Shown piece by piece: positions 27,595 through 36,767 of a stretch of DNA of 64,000 nt. Each line of letters begins with the position of its first letter. The stretch's first letter is position 1. Below the pieces are notes generated by a model. It had not been told where the DNA came from. It saw only the letters and a program-made list of their open reading frames with translations, and did not search any database. The DNA comes from a virus. A program made the position numbers and the translations under genes. The DNA is taken from the IMG/VR virus record IMGVR_UViG_3300036715_002570, positions 32,001 through 96,000 of that record; one strand, 5' to 3'.

Positions 27595-27667
27595 GGTGAG
27601 CGTAGCGGGTGACACCTCCTCTCCTACAAAGAGGTATTGCAGGGTTCGAACCCAGCCGTGGCCACCA
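27595..27667 (+). tRNA. degenerate tRNA-Val(TAC)
   Basis: CCTCT-CCTACAA-AGAGG, T-loop, CCA; D-arm damaged. Confidence 0.55.
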
Positions 27668-27852
27668 TCTAAAGGAACAAACGTGCGCAATATTGTCCAG
27701 TATCCATTACAGTACGATGAGGTCGTCACGAGCGCTTGAGCGCACAGCTCAAGCGCTCGCTGAAAAAGAAGCCGGTACTTGCGGGAGCATTGACGCACAC
27801 GTGTTGAATTGGCTGCACCGGTTTGTGTTGAGCAACAAGACCAGGATGATCG

Positions 27853-28734
27853 ATGAACTCGCAAACGCTGACCAATACGGCCGCAACCGTCCTTGCCAGG
27901 CCTGATCGCCTGGCGTACCACGCAACGTCGTACGACGAAGTATACCAATACTTCCTGATGCGCAACCTTCAACTTGCTCCTCACGGCTTTCGTTGGTCGT
28001 TTGAGTTGACGCCACAAGAAGGTGGCTACACAACACATCTAACCAGCCAAGATGGTACCACGTATGATTCGTTTTATGTAACGAATCAAGGTAAGGGTGT
28101 TGGCAGGCGACTACTCAAGCAGTGCCACAACAAAATCATCACAATCGGCGATTGCCAAATCGTTGAGTGGCTCCGTCATCATGACGCGAACTTTGAAGTG
28201 ATTCATGGTGTCTTTGACACCGTAGAATACCAGATGATTCAGCGGACGTATGGCAACGAGCGCGCTAAACGTAGCGGTGTGTTTAAGATGAACCACATCG
28301 ACGAAGGAATCTACATTCTGTCCAAGCTCGGCGCATCGTCAATCGCACAGAAAGCGTTCTGCTTGCATCCCCTGCTGCAGCTGGATCCTGACCTCGAAAA
28401 GAACTTCGACGTCATCGTCGCACAGTGTGACAAGCGTGCTGTTGCGCTGGCGATGGAGTACCGGAATATCGCCAACGCATACCTTAGCCGTCGGGAGATC
28501 GATACGCTGGAAGAAGTTGCCCTCAGTCCTCTGGAAGGCGTCAACCGCATGTTGGTTGCTGACAAGATCCAAAACTATAAGGACTTTATGGCACATCACT
28601 ACGAAACGCACCCGCGTCGTCGTGAACTGAACGAGTACTTCCACAATTGGTTCGAGCGTTTGGGTGAAGATCGAATGGGCAATCTGCATTGGGTTGACTG
28701 GATCGCAAGCCTCGAATCCCTCCACACCAAGTGA
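27853..28734 (+). CDS. conserved phage protein (GNAT-like N-terminus, HD-like C-terminus)
   Basis: NQGKGVG; MNHIDEG...LHPLLQ...MLVADKIQN. Confidence 0.55.
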   Translation: MNSQTLTNTAATVLARPDRLAYHATSYDEVYQYFLMRNLQLAPHGFRWSFELTPQEGGYTTHLTSQDGTTYDSFYVTNQGKGVGRRLLKQCHNKIITIGDCQIVEWLRHHDANFEVIHGVFDTVEYQMIQRTYGNERAKRSGVFKMNHIDEGIYILSKLGASSIAQKAFCLHPLLQLDPDLEKNFDVIVAQCDKRAVALAMEYRNIANAYLSRREIDTLEEVALSPLEGVNRMLVADKIQNYKDFMAHHYETHPRRRELNEYFHNWFERLGEDRMGNLHWVDWIASLESLHTK

Positions 28735-29057
28735 GCAACTATGAAAATGATCCTCCCACCACCGCACGCGTCAAATACAACGTTCCCTCTACTGACGATC
28801 AACGTCGGCGAGGTGTGGCACGTTCGATTTCCTGAAGAGACGCGTATTCGACGTGTCTTGGTCGAATCGTTCACGGAGCGAGTGATCGAGCTGCGCGTGT
28901 ACAAGGACGGGCACGGTGACTCGAAGTTCAAGTTCCGTAGCTACATCGTCGATGACCTGCAGTGGATTCATCAGCTCGCTGAACCCGATCCTGAATCTGT
29001 TGACTGACACCTGCCGTTTTCAGGAAGATGGGCTGACTTAACAAGAAAGGTCAGTCC

Positions 29058-29615
29058 ATGAGCTCACTAGCAGATGTCGGAATCCCTGGGGTTGGCACGG
29101 GAATTCTTCAACCAAATTTAGCATACAAGTTCCGTGTACGGATCGTTGAGAATGACGTTCAGTACAACGAGCTGTCAATGCAAGTTGTATCAACATCAGA
29201 TTTTGGATATTGGTCATCCCAGTACGGTGGACACCGCCTAACCGTCGTATTCCAAGACGACGTAACTAACCAGGCCGCCCGCCGGCTAGTTGATCTGCAT
29301 GCACGAGGTGCAAAGATTGACGTGTTCGTAGACATTTTAGACGGCAACGACACCGTTACACGCACGCACGCTTTCAACGACGCAGTGATCGCCGGCGACC
29401 TCGTATTTTCACCGTTGGATTACGCTGGTGGCGGTTCTCCCGAACAGTTCGTGTTCAACAGCAACAATCGCGACGATAACCCTTTACGAACTATGCTAAG
29501 TGGCAGTAGGGTAGAGTTTTATAAGCGCGATCACAAGACGGGCGTAAATACGATCACCGCAACGTTTTTTGCACAGCAGTACCAGGTTTTGTTCCCCCAA
29601 CCGACTAAGGAATAG
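29058..29615 (+). CDS. tail tube protein paralogue
   Basis: L.DVGIPG.G.GILQP.L.YKFRV, F.DDVT, LDG.D, LDY motifs. Confidence 0.6.
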   Translation: MSSLADVGIPGVGTGILQPNLAYKFRVRIVENDVQYNELSMQVVSTSDFGYWSSQYGGHRLTVVFQDDVTNQAARRLVDLHARGAKIDVFVDILDGNDTVTRTHAFNDAVIAGDLVFSPLDYAGGGSPEQFVFNSNNRDDNPLRTMLSGSRVEFYKRDHKTGVNTITATFFAQQYQVLFPQPTKE

Positions 29616-30540
29616 TCATGCAATAGGTTTTTGAAAAGGTCGTTATCGTGTTTCACTTTAACAAGGCTCATCTAGCGGATCCGACGATCCCAATGTGGGT
29701 GTTGAAAGTGAAGGGTGAGTCACACTATGTGTCGCACGTTGAAGTGCAACCCGGGTGTGGGATTCTCCACGAAGGAAACTCCTGACAATCCACACACCGA
29801 AGGTGCGATCAAGATCAAGATCAGGGGGAATCTAAAATTGTTCACCAACGACCAAGGAGAACCTGAAGCATTGATCTACTGACATGCGCAAATATCGAAT
29901 CGTGTGCCGCGTATATGGCGATGGCTCCTGCACGTACACACCTCAGTATAAGGTGCGGTTTTGGCCGTTCTGGCTCCACTTCACAGACAATTACCCACAA
30001 TGTCCTGAGGTGTTTAACCAGCTGCACGAGGCACGGGAGTTTGTGATGCTTGAGATTAATCGAGAGCGTTCACACACGTTGGTATCAACCTACATTGAAA
30101 TGTGCGCCAAGGAATGATCAAGTACTTGTACCGCTATCGGTACGTGCTGTTTGATGCAGCGATAGTGGCAGCGGTAATTTGGACGATCTGGCAGTTTTCA
30201 CTACCGCCAATCACCGTTGTCTCTTTCCTGCTCGCATACCTTGGTATGCGGCACACTGTATCGAGGCAGCATGATCGCGAACAGCGCGAACTCGCTGTTC
30301 GCATTTTGCTTGAAAACGCGAAGTTCCACACAGAACAAAATTCAGGCAAGACCGCCGTCAAGGCGCTTCCCGTTTACCGAACGAATTGGTTTACAGGTAA
30401 GCAAACTGGTGAGATAATCGGCGCTCGCATTTTGTATTCCGATGGTCCATCGTCTGAATCGGATGTGTTCACGACACCAACGTTCCTCAGTTTCATGTTC
30501 ACCATCAATCCTGTCGTAACACGCAAGCAACACGTCAATC

Positions 30541-30960
30541 ATGCTGACCACCAATTTCACACACACCACGCAGCGTCTACCAAACGGTGGCGTTCAGATC
30601 GTTCTGACACGGCTGGAGGACGGTAAGACGCATACGATCGTTGAGCGCCGCACGTCGTACTATGACGATACTGCTCTTGCACGGCTCGTCCAACAAATGG
30701 AGTCATTTACGGACGAGTGTTGCGAATGCTACTTCCCAAAACCTCGCAAGACGAAGGAAGAGAAGAAGGCTGAAAAGGTCGTTGTGGAGAGGGCTCCGTT
30801 GACGAAAGAACAGCTTGAAGAACGGGAGAAGCAAGCGAAGGCAAAGGCTGAAAAGGCCGAGCGCGCGGCTGCTCGTGAGTTGCGAAAAGCTGAAAAGCGA
30901 GAACAAAAGATGAGGGAACGAAATGGCAACATGGTTACCGATGTCGACTGTGCCACTTGA
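30541..30960 (+). CDS. hypothetical protein with K/E-rich tail
   Basis: ORF. Confidence 0.55.
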   Translation: MLTTNFTHTTQRLPNGGVQIVLTRLEDGKTHTIVERRTSYYDDTALARLVQQMESFTDECCECYFPKPRKTKEEKKAEKVVVERAPLTKEQLEEREKQAKAKAEKAERAAARELRKAEKREQKMRERNGNMVTDVDCAT

Positions 30961-31189
30961 TGGCACAGAGGTTCTGCTGAAGACGAACATTGGTGTCGTC
31001 TCCGCGTGGTGGGCCACTCCTGTAATTACTCATGACTACTTCGACGGTGATGACATGGAAGGGTGTGAGTGGATATGCTATGACGATAAGTTCAGAATTC
31101 AAGTTGAGTGGTACAGTGATGCACCAAATGGTGAAGAATTCTGGCATAGCAGCGCTGGGATCACTGGCTGGATGCCAATTCCTCAATAA
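30923..31189 (+). CDS. DUF551-like protein
   Basis: W.P..T.P.DGT.VL...T.WMPIP. Confidence 0.65.
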   Translation: MATWLPMSTVPLDGTEVLLKTNIGVVSAWWATPVITHDYFDGDDMEGCEWICYDDKFRIQVEWYSDAPNGEEFWHSSAGITGWMPIPQ

Positions 31190-31200
31190 ATAGGTTAATT

Positions 31201-31268
31201 GTCCCCGCCTATTGGATAGTAGTCGCTCTTCTAAAGCGACGGTGAAAGTTCGACTCTTTCCGGGGGCA
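31201..31268 (+). tRNA. tRNA-Arg(TCT) with miniature D-arm
   Basis: GTCCCCG/CGGGGGC; GTCGCT-CTTCTAA-AGCGAC; GAAAG-TTCGACT-CTTTC; 68 nt. Confidence 0.75.
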
Positions 31269-31389
31269 CACACTCCCTCATCTTGGGAGCACAACCGTCG
31301 AGGACACGCAGACGTTAAAACAGTGGTGGGAGTCCAGTGGAAGCCTGGTACCGAATTGATAAATAGTCCACTAACCTAAGGGGCTATTG

Positions 31390-32352
31390 ATGAAATTCCT
31401 GAAGACTATTGTGGCAGCAGCTCTGTTTGCCATTTCTACAGCACAAGCGTGCACACCCATCACTCTAACAGCTGGCGCTAAAGGCAACAGCATTTGCTGG
31501 GGCTCTGAAACGTGGAATGAAGCTGCGAACAACGGTAAGTTGATGTCGCAGACGCTGAACTTCTACGCTGCAACAACGAATCCGTCAGCACCACTGATCA
31601 TCTACTTCCACCCAAATGGTGGTAGCAGCTATATTGACCAGAAGCAAAACCCAACACTGTACAGCCAGATTGTGCAACCTGCATTGGCTGCTGGTTACGC
31701 TATTGCTTCTGTAGAGTTCCGTCATCCGGTGGACAACGACAACGTACCAAACCGTGTTTCAGATCCACGCGTTCCTCACTGGGACGCCGCCCGAGCAATC
31801 CAGTTCTTGCGTGCTAACGCAACAGCCCTTGGCATTGACAAGCGCAATGTATTCGTGGTGGGTCATTCACGTGGCACACTATCGATGTGGACGGCTATGC
31901 AAGATGACATGGCGATCTCCAATAGCCCCGACGCTATTGCTCGTGAATCAACACGTGTTCGCGCAGTTTGGGCATATCAAGGTCAGACCTCATACAATCC
32001 GGTGGAATTTGCAGAGTGGTTCCTAATCCCGTCTGACCGTGCTCAAGCAGAAACAGGCTTTGAAACGCTGCATCCAAAGTGGCAGCAATTTGGTAGCGCC
32101 GTTGCATCCGTTACCCCCGATGATCCTCCGGTTCACCTACGCTACAAGCAACAGTTCATGCAGGGGTTCATTTCGTATCAAACAATGACGACAAAGTTCA
32201 ACCCTGAACACTATCCTGATTTTGGCGTTCAATTGTGCACGCGGTACACACAAGTGAATAATCGAAATGAGTGTGTTGCAGAGCAGCTAATTCCTGAGAC
32301 AGGTGCATACACGGGAATGATCGACTTTTTCAACAAGTACCTGATCCCTTAA
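31390..32352 (+). CDS. exported alpha/beta hydrolase (esterase/lipase)
   Basis: Signal peptide, IYFHPNGG, GHSRG nucleophile elbow. Confidence 0.8.
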   Translation: MKFLKTIVAAALFAISTAQACTPITLTAGAKGNSICWGSETWNEAANNGKLMSQTLNFYAATTNPSAPLIIYFHPNGGSSYIDQKQNPTLYSQIVQPALAAGYAIASVEFRHPVDNDNVPNRVSDPRVPHWDAARAIQFLRANATALGIDKRNVFVVGHSRGTLSMWTAMQDDMAISNSPDAIARESTRVRAVWAYQGQTSYNPVEFAEWFLIPSDRAQAETGFETLHPKWQQFGSAVASVTPDDPPVHLRYKQQFMQGFISYQTMTTKFNPEHYPDFGVQLCTRYTQVNNRNECVAEQLIPETGAYTGMIDFFNKYLIP

Positions 32353-32356
32353 GCTA

Positions 32357-32391
32357 ACAAAAACGGCGTTGTCGACAACGCCGTTTTTGTT
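32357..32391. terminator. intrinsic terminator
   Basis: AAAAACGGCGTTG-TCGA-CAACGCCGTTTTT. Confidence 0.7.
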
Positions 32392-32728
32392 TACGATAAT
32401 GGAATGTCTGCCTATCCATTAACTGTCTCGATCCCGTTTTGGCCGTACAATTTCAGGTTCAACAAAATGACCTGAGGTTCAGTAATGGCATTGATGTTGC
32501 GGCTGATATGACGCATGTGATTGTCACTCAATTCCAACAGTTAGACCCAACACTGTCACGATTGCATATCATTGGTGCTATCAATGGTATGCGTGCTCGC
32601 TTACGTTTGTCGCCAGAAGGGCGTCAAGCTGATCAAGTACGAAATTGAACATAATGGAAGTTCATACATAAGTATACAAGGCCTGGTTGAGTGGTGTTAA
32701 CCAGGAATTTGAAACAAGGAGCACCAAC

Positions 32729-33409
32729 ATGAAGACAATTGTCGAAATCCACTCCGCTGAAGGCGGTGACGACAGCAAGTTGTTTGTTAAGGACCTAGCA
32801 CAAGCATACGGGAAGATGTTCAGCCGTTTTGGCTGAAAGCACCATGTTGTGTTAGATACTTCGGGAGAGGTCCACATAGAAGTAAGTGGCACTGATCTAA
32901 CGCAGCTTAACAATGAACCAGGAGGTCATCGCCTCCAGCGTATTCCACCAACTGAACGCAAGGGTCGCGTCCATTCCTCATCGGTAATGGTTGCCGTAAT
33001 CCGTGTTGATCAATATGCCCAACCTGACTATTCGAAGATTGATCCGTCGGACTTCAAGATTGAATGGTACTCGGGAACAGGTGCAGGTGGACAACATCGC
33101 AACAAACACCAAAACAGCATCCGCTTGACCCATGTTCCTACAGGAGCAATGGTCACATCTCAGTGTCGTAGTCGAGAGAATTCGTACGCTGAGGCAATGC
33201 AAGAATTGATCAAGCGTCTGCAATCGGACGCAAAGTACCGCAGCATTGTGGCACAGTCAATTGAACGCAAGAAGCAGATGGGCTCTGGTATGCGTGGCGA
33301 CAAGGTACGGACGTACCGGTTCCAAGATAACATTGCGACTGATCATCGCACAGAGAAAAAAGTTCCGCTGTCCAAAGTAATGGACGGTAATTTTGATTTG
33401 TTGTGGTAA
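32729..33409 (+). CDS. class I release factor, RF1-like, lacking domain 1, with in-frame TGA at 32834
   Basis: AAGGAG RBS; VEIHSAEGGDDS, GGHRLQRIPPT (PxT), GAGGQHRNK, RTY.F...TDHR; codon 36 is TGA where RF1 has GW. Confidence 0.88.
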
Positions 33410-33793
33410 TTAAGTGCGGAAGGTGAATAGTGTTTGACCGTTAGTCGTCTTGACGGCAACGCGTGACGATAATCTACTGGCGATACGCCGATAGATGGAC
33501 GCACGCTTCGGGTCGGGTGTAGCAAATCCCACTGTTTGATGTATTTGTGTTCAAGCACGGGTTTATTCCGCCGAAGCAGTTTGCTAAATTGTTCCATCGG
33601 CATGATTGGTCCGCAGAAGTTGTGTACGAGGGGAATATGAACCATCAATTCATCAATGACGTGCGTACCGGCAAGTACCCAGTTTATGAAGGGGTCATTT
33701 GCAAAGGTGCTGACTGGACAGCTAAAATCAAAACGATTGAATTCCTAGATCGTCTCAAAGGTGAGAATGAAGGATTGTGGAACATCGAAAAGG

Positions 33794-34198
33794 ATGAGTA
33801 AATTGGCTAAAGATCGACCGTTTATTGAAATCAAGGTGTCAGGTGCGACGGGAGCTGGCAAGAGCGCAGTTGTGCAATTGATTGCCAAGGCTCTACAGGA
33901 CGCGGGGATGCAAGTGTCCGCGTTGACGTTGGATCATGATTTTCGCACTCCTAAGCGGCATCAGCGGGCGATTGAATCGATCGCTGCGAAGGGTGCGCTG
34001 GTTGGAATCGAGGAATATGTACCCGCATGTTACTCGAACACGATCACGGATGGGCACCAGTGGGTCCGTCACCTTGACGACATGATGACCAACGGAAGTG
34101 GGGTGTGCCACACATTCCTTGAAGCGGGTGGCCCCAACGCGCCAACGGCTCCTGAAGATCCAATTGCTGCATATGACCGAGCAATGAAGGTAATCTGA
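33794..34198 (+). CDS. P-loop-containing protein with C-terminal AYDRAMKV tag
   Basis: VSGATGAGKS. Confidence 0.6.
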   Translation: MSKLAKDRPFIEIKVSGATGAGKSAVVQLIAKALQDAGMQVSALTLDHDFRTPKRHQRAIESIAAKGALVGIEEYVPACYSNTITDGHQWVRHLDDMMTNGSGVCHTFLEAGGPNAPTAPEDPIAAYDRAMKVI

Positions 34199-34653
34199 TG
34201 CCAACAGCCAAAAAGCCAGCGATGCGTAGGACGGGACTGCTGTGTGAAAAGCATGGTGGTTCTGTCAAGCCATATGATGCGATGTGGTGCTGCGACGAAT
34301 GTGCAATCGTGGGGTACCTGCCATGTGTTAAATGTAATGGTAACGCTCGTGGCTTTGGAGAAGCGTTGTTTGCTGTTGCAGGATGTGAAATGTGTGATGA
34401 ATTTGTTTGTGGGACTAACGTAGATGTGCGTATGCTTTGGAATGCAGGCGTGCGCGGAAAGGTAAACTAATGGTGCATTCAGATTACAATGCGGATGTCA
34501 CGATGCGCAGCAAAACGATGAGCTTCCCGGACATGCAGGATCTATTCGAGCATCTCAGAGCACTTGCCGACCGGTACAACATTACGTTCACGTTGCGCCA
34601 AAAAGTAAAGGACCATTTTGTGGTCCTTTACGATGTAAACCCAACGGTTGGCT

Positions 34654-35034
34654 TTACTGCGTCACAGCTGGCTGTTGTTCAGTGGGAGCGGGGGAGCTCT
34701 TTGATGCAACAGGAGCGGCCTTACCTGAACGTAGACCAGAGATCACTGCCGCGTCATCTGCAGGGAATCCTGCAGCGCGAAGCTGGCGTTGGAGAGCGGC
34801 GCGAACCTTGTTCAGGTTCACAAACGTGGCAGACATCCACTTCTTCTTGTCTGCTGGGTCCGGAAGAGTGCTAACGATCTTCAACGCACGGCTGCAAGCG
34901 TCGAGACGCTTGATCAGTTCGTCCAGCGACAGATCATCACTGAGCTCCACAACTTCCATGAGTGACGAGTAAGTGGGGTTGTCAGTGCTATCTTTGGCAA
35001 GACCAGCAAGCTGTTTTAGGCGGGTTGTATCCAT
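34654..35034 (-). CDS. late protein, probable virion internal protein
   Basis: RLKQLAGL motif, late promoter 35056. Confidence 0.6.
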   Translation of the reverse strand: MDTTRLKQLAGLAKDSTDNPTYSSLMEVVELSDDLSLDELIKRLDACSRALKIVSTLPDPADKKKWMSATFVNLNKVRAALQRQLRAAGFPADDAAVISGLRSGKAAPVASKSSPAPTEQQPAVTQ

Positions 35035-35215
35035 GTGTTTGATCTCCAAATAGGATATTTATGCTAACATTGTTTCTTGATACAGAGTTTTACCGACTTC
35101 GGAAGCCGAATGGAATGCAGCAGTACTACAACATTGACCCGCGCCAACACCATGCGCTCGTTGATGCAAAAGCAAACCACCATGGCTGGTGGCAAGGATA
35201 TCAGGCAGGACTACA

Positions 35216-36172
35216 ATGAATAACACGATTGACAAACTCCATGGCGGTTTATACGGCGCCTTAATTGGTGACGCCGTTGGTGTACCGTATGAGTTCAAGA
35301 CAACTCTACAGATCCCCCACCCCCCAACGATGGTTCCACCACCTAAGTTCAACCGATCGTATCTTGGCGTCCCTCCTGGCACGTGGTCTGATGACGGTGC
35401 GCTGACGCTATGTCTGATGGAATCGTTGTTGAAGGCCGACGACTGGCTGGATACCGACTGGGTGCACGCGTTCGGACACCGGATGTCAAGGTGGCGATAC
35501 GAAGGGTACATGACGCCAGACAACAAGAAGTTTGACATTGGAAACCAGACCTCGGAGGCAATCCGTCTCCTGGAGTTTGGCCTTGATCCACTCGAGCTGA
35601 CGTATACAGAATACGAAAACGGCAACGGCGGCTTGATGCGTGCACTTCCTGTTGTTCTGGCGTTGTGGAAGTCGGAAGATATCGACCTAATCTGCGCCGT
35701 CTCGGACATGCATCACATGGTGTCGCACGGCCATCCAATCTCGTTGATCTGCGGTCAAATCTACGTAATGACAGCGATCATGCTGCTGCGTGGCGATAAG
35801 TTTAACGACGCCTTCTGGGCTGCCGTTGACATTGTTGAAGCTCGGTGTGACGATACCGAATGGCAAGGGCATTTCGCTACTGTCCTTGCAGGGAAAGACG
35901 AAGAGCCTCGCGGCACGGGATACGTTGTTGACACGCTATGGTCGGCACGTTTTGCAGTGCAAAGTTCGCTGATGGGCGATAACACGTTCATGAATGCAAT
36001 CGAACGCGCCATCCTTCTCGGTAACGACACAGACACAACTGCATGCGTGGCAGGTGGATGGGCTGGTATCATCTACGGCTGGAAGGGCATTCCTCAAGAG
36101 TGGCGTGATGGGTTGCGCGGTAAAGACCTCGTTAAGCCAATGGCAGATCGACTGGTGGCACTAAATGACTGA
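35216..36172 (+). CDS. ADP-ribosylglycohydrolase (DraG family)
   Basis: GALIGDAVG.P.EF, WSDDG, GNGGLMR, GNDTDTTACVAG. Confidence 0.92.
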   Translation: MNNTIDKLHGGLYGALIGDAVGVPYEFKTTLQIPHPPTMVPPPKFNRSYLGVPPGTWSDDGALTLCLMESLLKADDWLDTDWVHAFGHRMSRWRYEGYMTPDNKKFDIGNQTSEAIRLLEFGLDPLELTYTEYENGNGGLMRALPVVLALWKSEDIDLICAVSDMHHMVSHGHPISLICGQIYVMTAIMLLRGDKFNDAFWAAVDIVEARCDDTEWQGHFATVLAGKDEEPRGTGYVVDTLWSARFAVQSSLMGDNTFMNAIERAILLGNDTDTTACVAGGWAGIIYGWKGIPQEWRDGLRGKDLVKPMADRLVALND

Positions 36173-36563
36173 ATACGTTAAGCAGGTAATTGTCGTCCGC
36201 AAGGACCTTAAAATGCCGAAGGGCAAGATTGCAGCACATGCTGCCATGGCTCCTCTGCTGAAGATGATGGACAAAGACTTTGGTACCAGTGAAACGGAAG
36301 GTTGGATGCTTCGATTCAAGCACGGAAGCGCTCTCGACAGCTGGTTGAATGGGTCGTACACCAAGGTTTGTCTTGGTGTAGAAGACGAGGAGCAATTGCT
36401 TGCCCTGTTCGCAGCCGCAGAACAGGCAGGCTTGCCGTGTGCTTTGATTCGCGACAACGGCTTGACCGTCTTTAACGGTGTTCCGACGAACACCTGCATT
36501 GCGATTGGTCCTGACTACGAGAGCAAGATCAATTCGATCACGGGACACCTTCCTCTGCTGTAA
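36165..36563 (+). CDS. pth2: peptidyl-tRNA hydrolase, Pth2 type
   Basis: KQVIVVRKDLKM.KGKIAA, IRDNGLT, TCIAIGP, ITGHLPLL. Confidence 0.9.
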   Translation: MTEYVKQVIVVRKDLKMPKGKIAAHAAMAPLLKMMDKDFGTSETEGWMLRFKHGSALDSWLNGSYTKVCLGVEDEEQLLALFAAAEQAGLPCALIRDNGLTVFNGVPTNTCIAIGPDYESKINSITGHLPLL

Positions 36564-36613
36564 ATACGCTACCAGCGTTGCTAATATTGGCCAAGAAGCT
36601 TGCCAGTATCATT

Positions 36614-36703
36614 GCTTCCATAGTTTAGCGGTAAAACCCCCGGCTTATACCCGGTATAGCTCTAGATAAGGGCGCGTCGTAGGTTCGAATCCTACTGGAA
36701 GTA
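36614..36703 (+). tRNA. tRNA-Ile(TAT) with long variable arm
   Basis: GCTTCCA/TGGAAGT; CCGG-CTTATAC-CCGG; extra arm GCTCT-AGATA-AGGGC. Confidence 0.85.
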
Positions 36704-36767
36704 CTTTTTGGAATTATGGGATACAATAGTCCCCGCACATAAATATCTCCATAATTATGGAGATATC

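Noticed and set aside
29619-29882. Intact conserved small gene
   Set aside because: Frame is disrupted (early stop and an AAGATC duplication); treated as a pseudogene or error and not listed as a feature
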